Below, one piece after another: positions 8,512-18,433 of a stretch of DNA of 64,000 nt (positions within the stretch are counted from its first letter, which is position 1; each line of letters begins with the position of its first letter). The DNA is taken from positions 19,338-83,337 of IMG/VR virus record IMGVR_UViG_3300048033_000857; one strand, written 5' to 3'. A model generated the notes under the pieces. That model was not told the DNA's origin. It saw only the letters and a program-made list of their open reading frames with translations, and made no database searches. Made by a program: the position numbers and the translations under genes. The stretch is from a virus.

Positions 8512-9974
8512 TCACATGGGGCATATCAGCAAATAGTCACGATGCTGCACTAGCAGTGTTTACTGACGAAGGACTAGAGTTTGCTAGTCACGCCGAACGC
8601 TTTAGTGGAGTTAAGAACGATGCACATCTTAATAAAGAGATAATTAACTATGCACGTCGATGGGGAGAGCCTGATGAAATTATTTGGTACGAAAGACCCT
8701 TTAGAAAAACTCTTAGACAGCTTCGAGCAGGACAAGGATTCAACTTTAGGGAAAACAATATCAATCGTTATCTTCGATCTTATGATATATCTGCTCCTAT
8801 TAAGTATACTAGTCATCACCATTCCCATGCTGCTGCCGGTTTTTATACTAGTCCTTTTGCAGAAGCCACTGTTGTTTGTATTGACAGTATTGGAGAATTC
8901 GAAACGCTGACTATATGGGAAGGCAAGGACAACGGACTAAAGCAAGTTTATAGTCAAGGGTATCCGCACAGCATAGGACTATGGTACAGTGCAATGACGC
9001 AACGTGTGGGCCTTAAGCCTAACGAAGACGAATACATCCTAATGGGTATGGCAGCATATGGGGACCCCCATAGACTGTTTATGGACATACTCAACGACTT
9101 TATTGACAAGACTGGTATAGGGTACGATCCTAAGATTAAAATAAAGCATAACCTACATCGAGGGTGCAAGTGGTGGCGTCCTGATCTTACTACCGAACAA
9201 GACATGTATGACATTGCAGCAGCTACCCAAAAGGTATATGAATATATACTATGTAACACTCTGCTATGGGCCAGTAGAAACTTTGCTAGCAAGAACCTTG
9301 TACTCATGGGAGGGTGTGCGCTTAACTGTAGTGCTAACAGTATTGCTTATCGCTTTTACGACAACGTATGGATTATGCCCAACCCAGGAGACGCAGGCAG
9401 TGCTATAGGTGCTGTGCTTGCACACAAAAAAGAAACATTGCCTATGACACATGCGTACTTGGGCTACAACATCGAAGGAGAGTATCCAGTTGAAGAAACA
9501 ATCAGCGAACTCAAGAAAACGGGAATCGTGGGTGTTGCGAATGGTAGGGCGGAGTTTGGCCCTCGTGCTTTTGGCAATCGCAGCCTACTTGCTGATCCCC
9601 GTGGTAACGACATCAAGCACAGAGTCAATGACATCAAGCAGCGACAGCAGTTCCGACCCTTTGCCCCAGTGGTGCTCGAAGAGTATGCAAGTGACAATTT
9701 TGAAGGGTACTACAACAACTATATGCAGTTTACCTCCACCTGCACCAATCCAGACTTGTATCCTGCCATCGTACACGCAGACGGCACCAGTAGAGTCCAA
9801 GTGGTACCAAGAGATGGTAGCGGAATACGAGCTTTGTTAGAGCGTTGGTATGAAGAAACAGGATGTCCTATGTTACTAAACACAAGCCTAAATATCAAAG
9901 GAAAACCGATGGTAAATGATAAACAAGATGCACAGGAATTTACAAAAAAGTATGGAGTTAAAGTATGCAGTTAG
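8508..9974 (+). CDS. carbamoyltransferase (NodU/CmcH family)
   Basis: SHDAA, HHHSHAA, GGCALNC, GRAEFGPRAFGNRSLLADP, FRPFAP, LLNTSLN. Confidence 0.92.
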   Translation: MITWGISANSHDAALAVFTDEGLEFASHAERFSGVKNDAHLNKEIINYARRWGEPDEIIWYERPFRKTLRQLRAGQGFNFRENNINRYLRSYDISAPIKYTSHHHSHAAAGFYTSPFAEATVVCIDSIGEFETLTIWEGKDNGLKQVYSQGYPHSIGLWYSAMTQRVGLKPNEDEYILMGMAAYGDPHRLFMDILNDFIDKTGIGYDPKIKIKHNLHRGCKWWRPDLTTEQDMYDIAAATQKVYEYILCNTLLWASRNFASKNLVLMGGCALNCSANSIAYRFYDNVWIMPNPGDAGSAIGAVLAHKKETLPMTHAYLGYNIEGEYPVEETISELKKTGIVGVANGRAEFGPRAFGNRSLLADPRGNDIKHRVNDIKQRQQFRPFAPVVLEEYASDNFEGYYNNYMQFTSTCTNPDLYPAIVHADGTSRVQVVPRDGSGIRALLERWYEETGCPMLLNTSLNIKGKPMVNDKQDAQEFTKKYGVKVCS

Positions 9975-10477
9975 AAGATGGTATACATTATAAAGTGGTA
10001 GATGATTTTTTGCCACAAGATCATTTTGACGAAATTCAAAATTATGTTATTTTAAATAAAAATAATATGTTAGGCTGGACATTTGTATCTAATATTAATA
10101 CTAAACATACTGACAATGATAATAACTGTTACTTCGAACATCTTATATATCATCAAGGGCCGCAAAGTGCATTATATGAATTATTTGATCCACTGTGGAA
10201 TATGTTACAAATTAAATCATTAATTAGAATAAAAGCAAATTGTTATCCTGCAAAAGATACTTTAGTTACACATGCAGCACACAAGGATGCTGAATTTGAT
10301 CATAACGGTGCTATCTTATCGTTAAATGACTGTGACGGTTATACACAATTACTCGACGGGACTAAAATAGAAAGTAAAGCAAATAGATTATTAATTTTTA
10401 ATGCAGGGTTAGACCATAGCAGTACTAATTGTACTGATCAAAAAGCAAGGTTTAATATTAATATAAATTATTTCTAA
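9965..10477 (+). CDS. 2OG-Fe(II) oxygenase
   Basis: HKD, NRLLIFNAGLDHSS, RFNININY. Confidence 0.7.
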   Translation: MQLEDGIHYKVVDDFLPQDHFDEIQNYVILNKNNMLGWTFVSNINTKHTDNDNNCYFEHLIYHQGPQSALYELFDPLWNMLQIKSLIRIKANCYPAKDTLVTHAAHKDAEFDHNGAILSLNDCDGYTQLLDGTKIESKANRLLIFNAGLDHSSTNCTDQKARFNININYF

Positions 10478-10506
10478 TTGACATATGTTGTAAAAGGTTA
10501 TATAAT
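10478..10506 (+). promoter_or_regulatory. sigma70 promoter (leaderless helicase mRNA)
   Basis: TTGACA-17nt-TATAAT; ATG at 10513. Confidence 0.8.
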
Positions 10507-10512
10507 ATACAC

Positions 10513-11934
10513 ATGACTAGACAAAATACAGATTACGGATACGATATACAAAAGGTATATCTTGAAATGTTTATGACAGACGCTGAGAGCTTTGTACGCT
10601 GTCAGGGTGTGTTTGAACCTAATACATTTGACAGACGCTTAGTAGAACCAGCTAAGTTTATTAAGACATATGTAGAAGAGCATAATGCACTGCCTACATT
10701 TGATATTGTTAATGCAGCAACTGATAGTAACTTAAAACATCCAGGAGATCTTGCAGAGAATCACTATGATTGGTTGTTGCAAGACTTTGAGACATTTAGT
10801 AAACACAAAGCACTAGAAGCTGCTATTCTTAAAAGTGCAGACTTGTTAGAGAACGGTGAGTATGGCGCATGCGAAGACCTAGTCAAGCAAGCAGTACAGA
10901 TTGGTCTGCAAAAAGATCTAGGTACGGATTATTTTGCAGATCCAAGAAGCAGACTTGAAGCAATCAAAGACAAGAACGGACAAGTAAGCACAGGCTGGCC
11001 TGCACTTGACAAGAAACTGTTTGGCGGATTCAACAGAGGCGAGCTGAATATCTTTGCAGGCGGATCAGGTTCGGGTAAAAGTTTGTTTATGGCGAACATG
11101 GGTGTTAACTGGTGTTTAGCAGGTATGAATGTTATGTACTTAACATTCGAGCTTAGTGAAGCACTGGTTAGTATGCGTCTTGATGCAATGACTACAGAAA
11201 TTCCAAGTCGTGATGTATTTAAGAGCATCGACGATGTTGAAATGAAAGTTAAGATGATTGGCAAGAAGTCAGGAGCCTTCCAGGTCAAGTATATGCCTAC
11301 AGGCAAGAACGCAAATGACATTAGAGCATACTTAAAAGAATATGAGATCAAAACAGGACGTAAAGTAGACGTACTACTAATTGACTACTTGGATCTTATG
11401 CATCCAATTGGACAAAAGATTAGTGCAGAGAACTTGTTTGTTAAGGACAAGTATGTATCGGAAGAGCTACGCAACTTGGCAATGGAACTAAACTGTATCT
11501 TTGTTACAGCATCGCAGTTAAACAGATCGAGTGTTGAAGAGATTGAGTTTGATCACTCACACATCTCGGGTGGTATATCTAAGATCAATACAGCAGATAA
11601 CTTGATTGGTATCTTTACAAGTAGAGCAATGCGCGAACGTGGACGCTATCAAATCCAGCTTATGAAAACACGTAGTAGTTCGGGTGTTGGCATGAAAGTT
11701 GATCTAGGCTTTGATGTAGACACATTACGTATCTTTGATATTGGCGACGAAGATGATGATAATTATTCAAACGCAAATAGTACATCGGGATCTAGTTCTA
11801 TTGTTGATGCGCTAAAACGTACTAATACTCCCGAATCAATTAATGAGTCTCCAGACGAAGGAGCGCCTGTAAAGAAAATAAAAGCAGAAGCAGATTCAGG
11901 TAAGTTAAGAGACTTTTTAAATAGACTAGGTTAA
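10513..11934 (+). CDS. replicative DnaB-like helicase (T4 gp41-like)
   Basis: STGWPALDK, GGSGSGKS Walker A, LIDYLDL, TASQLNR, KTRS. Confidence 0.92.
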   Translation: MTRQNTDYGYDIQKVYLEMFMTDAESFVRCQGVFEPNTFDRRLVEPAKFIKTYVEEHNALPTFDIVNAATDSNLKHPGDLAENHYDWLLQDFETFSKHKALEAAILKSADLLENGEYGACEDLVKQAVQIGLQKDLGTDYFADPRSRLEAIKDKNGQVSTGWPALDKKLFGGFNRGELNIFAGGSGSGKSLFMANMGVNWCLAGMNVMYLTFELSEALVSMRLDAMTTEIPSRDVFKSIDDVEMKVKMIGKKSGAFQVKYMPTGKNANDIRAYLKEYEIKTGRKVDVLLIDYLDLMHPIGQKISAENLFVKDKYVSEELRNLAMELNCIFVTASQLNRSSVEEIEFDHSHISGGISKINTADNLIGIFTSRAMRERGRYQIQLMKTRSSSGVGMKVDLGFDVDTLRIFDIGDEDDDNYSNANSTSGSSSIVDALKRTNTPESINESPDEGAPVKKIKAEADSGKLRDFLNRLG

Positions 11935-12188
11935 TCTATTGCTACAAGTAGTTGCTTATCTTTTTCGTGTTGAAAATGTATCATAGGCTGCCAATCAGTA
12001 GTACCTAACGTTTTATTTTCATTTAAACTATTAGCAAATTCTCTACTACGAATTTTAGCTTGCTCGAGACTAGCAAGTTTTTTCATTCTTTCAGTTTCTG
12101 TTGCTAGAACTAATTGACGTATTTTTTTTGTTGCTGGGCTATATGCTTCTACAATATAATACGGTTTAAATTTTTTTGGATCTGACAT
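11931..12188 (-). CDS. hypothetical protein, paralog of 15512-15790
   Basis: AAAGGAG RBS; shares AYS...A..FA..LN....G.TDW with the 15512 ORF. Confidence 0.65.
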   Translation of the reverse strand: MSDPKKFKPYYIVEAYSPATKKIRQLVLATETERMKKLASLEQAKIRSREFANSLNENKTLGTTDWQPMIHFQHEKDKQLLVAID

Positions 12189-12238
12189 AGTGTCTCCTTT
12201 CTTATATTTAATAAATATAAGCAAAGGAATAACATTTT

Positions 12239-13891
12239 ATGACAGTACCAGTACGTAGCCTACGATTACAAAAAAGATCAGCAAGAAGTCTTGATACCCT
12301 AAGCGGAGCATCTGGTGAAATCTTTTTTGATGCAGACCAAAACACATTAAGAATTTATACTGCTAACCAAGCAGATAGTATTGTGTTAGCTGACCGAGAA
12401 TGGGTTGATGAAAACACTTTTAGCGGCAACTATGCAGAGTTAACTAATACTCCTTTCATACCAACAGATGTTAGCGAACTGTCTGATAGCGGTAATACTT
12501 TGTTTAGTGGCAATTACTTAGATTTAGTTGGTGCTCCTGACTTAGACAGCCTTAGTGTAGATATTAGCACAATTGATAGTATAGGTGATGTTGATACATC
12601 TACTAATCCTTTAGTAGCAGGACAGCTATTAGAATGGGACGGCAGTAATTGGGTTAACACTACTGTAACAGGATTTACAGATACTAACACTACGTATTCT
12701 TTTGGGATTGCTACTAACGTTGACGGCGGCGTTGATTTAAATTTAACCGATAGTGATGCTAATGTCGAACCAGTAAATGTAGTTGGGTTAAACGGTATTG
12801 ACGTTGTATTAAATTTAAGTGGAAACTTAGAAATACAAAATAATACAGTATACACTATCGATGAGCTTTCTAATGTTAATATTTCAAATCCAAGTACCGG
12901 CCAAGCAGTAATATGGGACGGCACACAATGGGCAAATGGTAGCGCCGCAGCGCAAGGAGGTGTTGCACTTTCAGATTTAAGCGTAGGTCCAGCAGCTAGT
13001 GCTTCTAGCGATGGCGCTATATCATACGATAACACTACCGGAGTCTTTACATATACACCCCCAGATCTCACAGCGTATGCAGCATTAACTGCGTTTAGTG
13101 TATCAGTTGGTACAGCTCAAAGTGCAGGTAATTTAAGCTATAATAGCGATACAGGAGTATTTACGTTTAATCCAGCTAACTTGTCAGGATACGCACAACT
13201 TGACGATTTAAGTGTTACACAAAATGCTGCAAGCGGCTCAGGTTCGTTAAGTTATTCTAATAGTACCGGAGTATTTGAATATACTCCTCCTGATTTATCT
13301 GGCGCAGGTGGAGGAGAAGTTATAGATGATACTACTCCGCAACTTGGCGGTAATTTAGATCTAAATACATTTGATATTATCGGCCCAGGCGATATTAACG
13401 TTTCAGGCTCCGGTACGTTTACTGGACCAATTAGCGCATCTAGTTTCTCAAGTAGTGCAACAGGTGCTCCATCAATTACAAGTGCAAGCACAATTACACT
13501 AACAGCACCAGATGGCATTATTGCAGACGGATTTATAGTAAAAAATACTATCTCTTATAATGTAAACGCTGCTACATTTGATTTTGATTGTGGTAATGGT
13601 GATAGTATCTTTACAGTTGCTAATAATAGCACTTCTGCAAATTACACAGCAAACTTTACTAACTTTCCTATTAGTGACGGTAGCAATAAGCATACAAGAG
13701 TTGTAATATACGATATATTTGGTACAGGTCCAACTGCTATACAAATAGGAGGATCAGCTGAAAGTGTAGCTTGGAGTGGAGGCATTACTCCTACGTATTC
13801 AGGGGCATCAAGAATTACATTTGATATCTTTAGTAGTGGAGGAAGCAATCTTACAGTATTTGGATTTGTTGATACAGGCTGGAGCACTTAG
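12239..13891 (+). CDS. tail fibre / virion fibre protein
   Basis: GEIFFDAD motif, repeated 'LSYxxxTGVFxYTPPDL', DTTPQLGGNLD, G/S/T-rich. Confidence 0.75.
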   Translation: MTVPVRSLRLQKRSARSLDTLSGASGEIFFDADQNTLRIYTANQADSIVLADREWVDENTFSGNYAELTNTPFIPTDVSELSDSGNTLFSGNYLDLVGAPDLDSLSVDISTIDSIGDVDTSTNPLVAGQLLEWDGSNWVNTTVTGFTDTNTTYSFGIATNVDGGVDLNLTDSDANVEPVNVVGLNGIDVVLNLSGNLEIQNNTVYTIDELSNVNISNPSTGQAVIWDGTQWANGSAAAQGGVALSDLSVGPAASASSDGAISYDNTTGVFTYTPPDLTAYAALTAFSVSVGTAQSAGNLSYNSDTGVFTFNPANLSGYAQLDDLSVTQNAASGSGSLSYSNSTGVFEYTPPDLSGAGGGEVIDDTTPQLGGNLDLNTFDIIGPGDINVSGSGTFTGPISASSFSSSATGAPSITSASTITLTAPDGIIADGFIVKNTISYNVNAATFDFDCGNGDSIFTVANNSTSANYTANFTNFPISDGSNKHTRVVIYDIFGTGPTAIQIGGSAESVAWSGGITPTYSGASRITFDIFSSGGSNLTVFGFVDTGWST

Positions 13892-15501
13892 TGGAACGAG
13901 AATACACAGTAGTAGCAAACACTAGAGAAGACTTGCCCGCACTTGAAGCAGAGATTACTGCGAGCAGTGGAGCAGGCCCTATACCTAGTCGCTCAGTAGA
14001 CGTTGCTAACCCACGCCCTGGATCAAAGATACAAACACACTTTATGCTTACTGATGAAGAAGCAGAAGCTCTACGTAGCGATCCTAGAGTACGTGCTGTA
14101 GAGATACCTCCGGACCAACGTGACGATATTAGCATTGGACTAAACGCATCACAATCAGGTACATTTTTTAGAGGTAGTGGTTTAGACAACAATTATGTAA
14201 ACTGGGGCCTAAGACGTTGCATGGCTGAAGCTAACAATTTTGTTAGTGGTGGTAGTAGATCAGATACTATAGAAGGTGGCTACGAATACGCAATGGACGG
14301 AACAGGAGTTGATGTAGTAATACAAGACAGTGGCATAGATCCTGATCATCCGGACTGGAATGATTATAACGGCACATCGAGACTACAACAAATTGATTGG
14401 TATACTGAGTCGGGTGTTGTAGGAACACAGAGTCAAGACCATTACAGAGACCTAGATGGACACGGATCACATTGTGCAAGTATTGCCGCTGGACTGTTGT
14501 ATGGATGGGCTAAAGGTGCGCAAATATACTCACAGAAACTAGGAGGCCTAGAAACGCTACAAGGCAGTGACGGAACTGGAATTCCAATTGCTGATGCATT
14601 TGATTGTATACGTCTTTGGCACACTGCAAAAACAAACGGCCGTCCGACAGTTGTAAACATGTCGTGGGGATATGGTGCTAACGTAACTGGTGATCCAACC
14701 AGCGGCACATACAGAGGAACAGCTTGGACATATGGTGTTGACTATACTAACAGAGCACAACTAATGGCTGCTACAGGTGTAAGTCAAAACTTCTTTGGTG
14801 GCGGAACAAGTCATCGTATTCCTGTTAGAGTAGCAAGTGTTGATGCAGAAGTTGACGACATGATTCTCGATGGCATACACGTTTGTATTGCAGCTGGCAA
14901 CAATCTACACAAAGCAGACTTGCCTGCAGGTGCTGACTACGATAACACATCAACATTTGGCGGTACATCTAGAACCTATCACAGAGGTAGCTCGCCTTAT
15001 AGTTTAGATGCGTTTATGGTAGGCAACATAGACAGTGGAGCACAAACAAGCGGTGGTGCAACAGATAACTCAATACTATTAGATCAAACTAGTTCAAGCA
15101 CAACACGTGGTCCAGGAGTTAACATATTTGCACCAGGAACAGACATAATGGCAGCTACTAGTACAGGTTACGACACAGGTAGTTATTCGGTTACTGGTTA
15201 TCCGGGTACTCCAGGATTTCCTATTATGAGCATTAGCGGAACATCAATGGCAAGCCCACAAGTATGCGGAGTAGTAGCACAACACCTTCAGGTATTTCCA
15301 AACCTAACACCTGCACAAATGCAAACAAGAATATTTAATGATTCAAAGTCAGTACTGTTTACCACAAACTCAGACACAGACTACGAACGTATATACGACA
15401 GTCTAATGGGAGCACCTAATCGTATGCTCTACAGTAGATACGGCAAGCAAGCAATAACAGTGAATACTGTAGATTTATTAGAAGCAATATCTGTTACATA
15501 A
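13891..15501 (+). CDS. subtilisin-like S8 serine protease with I9-like prodomain
   Basis: VVIQDSGI, HGSHCASIAAG, AAGN, GTSMASPQVCG catalytic triad motifs. Confidence 0.9.
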   Translation: MEREYTVVANTREDLPALEAEITASSGAGPIPSRSVDVANPRPGSKIQTHFMLTDEEAEALRSDPRVRAVEIPPDQRDDISIGLNASQSGTFFRGSGLDNNYVNWGLRRCMAEANNFVSGGSRSDTIEGGYEYAMDGTGVDVVIQDSGIDPDHPDWNDYNGTSRLQQIDWYTESGVVGTQSQDHYRDLDGHGSHCASIAAGLLYGWAKGAQIYSQKLGGLETLQGSDGTGIPIADAFDCIRLWHTAKTNGRPTVVNMSWGYGANVTGDPTSGTYRGTAWTYGVDYTNRAQLMAATGVSQNFFGGGTSHRIPVRVASVDAEVDDMILDGIHVCIAAGNNLHKADLPAGADYDNTSTFGGTSRTYHRGSSPYSLDAFMVGNIDSGAQTSGGATDNSILLDQTSSSTTRGPGVNIFAPGTDIMAATSTGYDTGSYSVTGYPGTPGFPIMSISGTSMASPQVCGVVAQHLQVFPNLTPAQMQTRIFNDSKSVLFTTNSDTDYERIYDSLMGAPNRMLYSRYGKQAITVNTVDLLEAISVT

Positions 15502-15511
15502 GGAAATTATA

Positions 15512-15790
15512 ATGGCTAAAAAAGATCCATCCCACATATATGCAATACTAGCATACAGCAAACAAGAAAACACAACCAAAAGAATTTTTGACGAGGACAG
15601 TTTACTTGCTCCGTATCAACACACCACACAGCTCAAGCTAGCAGAACAAAAGGCAATTGCATTTGCAGCACAACTAAATCAGCAGCGACACAAAGGAGCA
15701 ACTGACTGGGTTGCTAGAACCGAACGTCAAGAATACAAACCTTCAGGACTAGTACGCGGTGCTCAAATCCGTAGACCAAAAATAGGCTAG
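15512..15790 (+). CDS. hypothetical protein, paralog of 11931-12188
   Basis: AAGGA RBS; shared motif with the 11931 ORF. Confidence 0.65.
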   Translation: MAKKDPSHIYAILAYSKQENTTKRIFDEDSLLAPYQHTTQLKLAEQKAIAFAAQLNQQRHKGATDWVARTERQEYKPSGLVRGAQIRRPKIG

Positions 15791-15806
15791 TAGTGTAAGT
15801 ATACAC

Positions 15807-16493
15807 ATGCCCAAGAAACAAACAGCGTTCTATCAATACAGTTGCGAGCTGCAAATTGCTATCCCCCATCTTGCTTTTAGACAAGCAACAGAAATACACA
15901 TGGAAAAAATGCTGCGTAGAAAAATCTCGCACACAAAAACTGTAGATTGTTTGCCCATGTGGTATTACTTTTACTGTGTGGACATAGAAGATCCTCTTAC
16001 TATAATGCAGCATCCCAATGATGATGTAGAGCTACATCCAGGACAGAATAGATTTATCGGACGCAGCATACGCGGCGATAAGCCTTGGGTTCCAGCTAGA
16101 ATAATCTCAATTGGTCAAGAGTGGAAATATCATTTGAATGGCATTAGAGAAGTGCGCATGATGGACAACAGGACGTTTGAATACGAAACCAAAGAAGACT
16201 TTTATTCACAAGTAGATCTCTACACATGGAGTCACGGCAGTTATGCACCCACTCGCGGTGACTGGCTCACATATCCTGAGCGTTGGGCACAACAGCATCT
16301 AGGTGAATGGGGCGGAAAAATATATCTGCCCAACCGCAAGGTACATATTATAAATCGTCATGCTAAAAAATGGCTAGTAGAAGATGTGCGAACCCACCCA
16401 GGTCTTATGAGTGCTGTGCAAGAATTGTTTCGCAAACTCAAACAAAAGCAAGACAAATACCTACGTAAAAGCCTCAAAGCTGCTAGAGATTAA
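15807..16493 (+). CDS. hypothetical protein
   Basis: 228-aa ORF; HPGQNR faintly resembles the ParB/Srx-like DGxxR motif. Confidence 0.6.
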   Translation: MPKKQTAFYQYSCELQIAIPHLAFRQATEIHMEKMLRRKISHTKTVDCLPMWYYFYCVDIEDPLTIMQHPNDDVELHPGQNRFIGRSIRGDKPWVPARIISIGQEWKYHLNGIREVRMMDNRTFEYETKEDFYSQVDLYTWSHGSYAPTRGDWLTYPERWAQQHLGEWGGKIYLPNRKVHIINRHAKKWLVEDVRTHPGLMSAVQELFRKLKQKQDKYLRKSLKAARD

Positions 16494-16744
16494 CTTTGCC
16501 CACTACAACGATACACAACACACATATAAAAAAAGAAATCCACTAACCATAACGACAGATACATTGCATAGCCCTGCAACACCCCGTAAATAACGATTTA
16601 CAAAAAGATGGTAGTTTATACTCAACCCACTAGTGTAAAACAGCACTAGCCCACACAAGCCGCAGAGCGGTCCGCGCAAATTCTAGACAGCCGCGAAGCG
16701 GTAAACGCTTTTTGCAAAATTTTTAGCGTTTACCTAAAACAAGC

Positions 16745-16939
16745 TCAATCAATGCACACGGGTGTAAAGCTAGTGCTGTCCGATAGTATCAACAAGCCTA
16801 TGATTCTATCTCTATCCGATTCAAACACAATACGCGATGCGCTTGATTGTGATGTATGGATGCCTCTTAAGAATAGTTCTACTGTAGCACAGTATGTGAT
16901 TGACTCTTTTAGTATAGTAGATGTTGGTTCTGGATTGTA
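16745..16939 (-). CDS. small hypothetical protein
   Basis: ORF MYEVKLVYNPEPTS... in the ORF track (16745-16960); start uncertain. Confidence 0.35.
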   Translation of the reverse strand, partial: YNPEPTSTILKESITYCATVELFLRGIHTSQSSASRIVFESDRDRIIGLLILSDSTSFTPVCID

Positions 16940-17403
16940 TACTAGTTTGACTTCATACATATATAAGACTCTTTAATAAAGTGTATGCACAGTGCGGTCA
17001 GCTAGTCTGCTGAGTGTATATAGCGTATAACGCATATCTGTTGACATGTGTTCAAACTGTGATGCGCACTGTGCATACACTATTACTTATATTAGAGCTA
17101 GCGTGGTTCCACAGTTAAGAGGTTCTGTTTTACATACACTAGAGCTAAAGCTCTAACACGCTACGCTAGTTCGCTTGCGTGTGTTTGCTTCGCTTTACTG
17201 TGTAGCGTAAGTTAGGTCCGAAATGGGTCCTGCAGGGTAAAAATTTTGCTGCGCAGTTTTTTTAGGTGAAGTACTTACAGAAGTGGGGTGGTGATTTTGC
17301 CTCTGTACGTTTTTAAATCATTAAGCGCAGCTAAGTTGTTGTTTTTAAAAGTCTTTTATACCCCACCGTACCCCCGACGCCTCGAGAAAAATTTTTTTTT
17401 TTG

Positions 17404-17441
17404 AAAAAGAAAAAAGACAAGTGTTGCCACTTGCCTTTCTC
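17404..17441 (-). terminator. probable intrinsic terminator ending the leftward early region
   Basis: GAAAAAGACAAGTG-TTGC-CACTTGCCTTTCTC hairpin with U-tract on the minus strand. Confidence 0.5.
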
Positions 17442-17484
17442 TTACATGCAGATCTGAGCCTGCCGTCTACACTCTTATTGTTCT

Positions 17485-17829
17485 CTAGTCTAGTCTGCTA
17501 CCTGCGTAGGCTTTGTCAAAGCCATACTTCTTAAGCACATCAGCTGCTGCTCTAGCACCTGCTTCTAGTGTGTCCACGTTCTGTGTAGGATACTTACTAG
17601 GGTTCCATATCTGGTAAGCGCCGTTGTAGGCTTTGTTAATACCTGCTTGTTTCATAGCACGACCCAACTTGGTGTTGCCTTTAATGCCGAAGATGTCTAC
17701 CCAAGCAAAGCCACAAGCACCCCAGCCACCATTGGGGAAGTGTGTGTTCTCAAAAGCATCAGCTGCTTCATATGCTGCTTCAGTTGCTTCACGTAGTGCT
17801 TGCTTGATTGTGTTTACTGTAATGTCCAT
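17485..17829 (-). CDS. early hypothetical protein
   Basis: CGFAWV motif; own promoter and GAGGGC RBS. Confidence 0.8.
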   Translation of the reverse strand: MDITVNTIKQALREATEAAYEAADAFENTHFPNGGWGACGFAWVDIFGIKGNTKLGRAMKQAGINKAYNGAYQIWNPSKYPTQNVDTLEAGARAAADVLKKYGFDKAYAGSRLD

Positions 17830-17884
17830 AGTGTTTAGCCCTCTTGCTATGTTTAACTTACTCTATTAGTATAGCATCTATATG

Positions 17885-18064
17885 CTATGTGTCAACCCCT
17901 AATGGCTCTGCTTCAACACTTGCTTCTGCCATTTCAAACATTGCATACAGCATGTCAATGCACTTGGCTTCGTTCTTCATGCTCAATGGCAGCTCACGGA
18001 TCAGTTCTTCTACTGTGTCTAGTGTTGTGTCCAATTGCTCAAGTGTGTGTGCTACAGTCTTCAT
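17885..18064 (-). CDS. small early hypothetical protein (59 aa)
   Basis: MKTVAHTLEQLDTTLDTVEELIRELPL..., AAGGAG RBS. Confidence 0.65.
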   Translation of the reverse strand: MKTVAHTLEQLDTTLDTVEELIRELPLSMKNEAKCIDMLYAMFEMAEASVEAEPLGVDT

Positions 18065-18074
18065 AGTGTTCTCC

Positions 18075-18350
18075 TTAGTACAGTTCGTATACAGTTGGTG
18101 CGTTTAGATTGTTTGCGTTACAGTATGCTTCAAGCTCACGGCATACTGTAGCTAGGAAGCGATACTTGCGCTGTGCTTCTGCGTTAGATATCTCTCCATC
18201 ACAGTGCAAGTTCTCTGGCGATAGTTTGCTGTCCAGTGTACGTGCCAAGTCATTCACTTGAGTCTGGCTCAGTGGAAATGTCATTGGAGCTGTGTTGAAG
18301 AATGCGATCCAACGGTTGTTGTCATCGATGAAGTTCTTTAGGTTTTGCAT
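18075..18350 (-). CDS. early hypothetical protein
   Basis: LSPENLHCDGEIS motif; promoter plus GAGGGC. Confidence 0.8.
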   Translation of the reverse strand: MQNLKNFIDDNNRWIAFFNTAPMTFPLSQTQVNDLARTLDSKLSPENLHCDGEISNAEAQRKYRFLATVCRELEAYCNANNLNAPTVYELY

Positions 18351-18433
18351 GTGTTTGCCCTCTATTGCTTAACTGTTATATACAGTATATGATCAATTAG
18401 AGGATATGTCAACCCCTAATTGCAAAAAAGATC

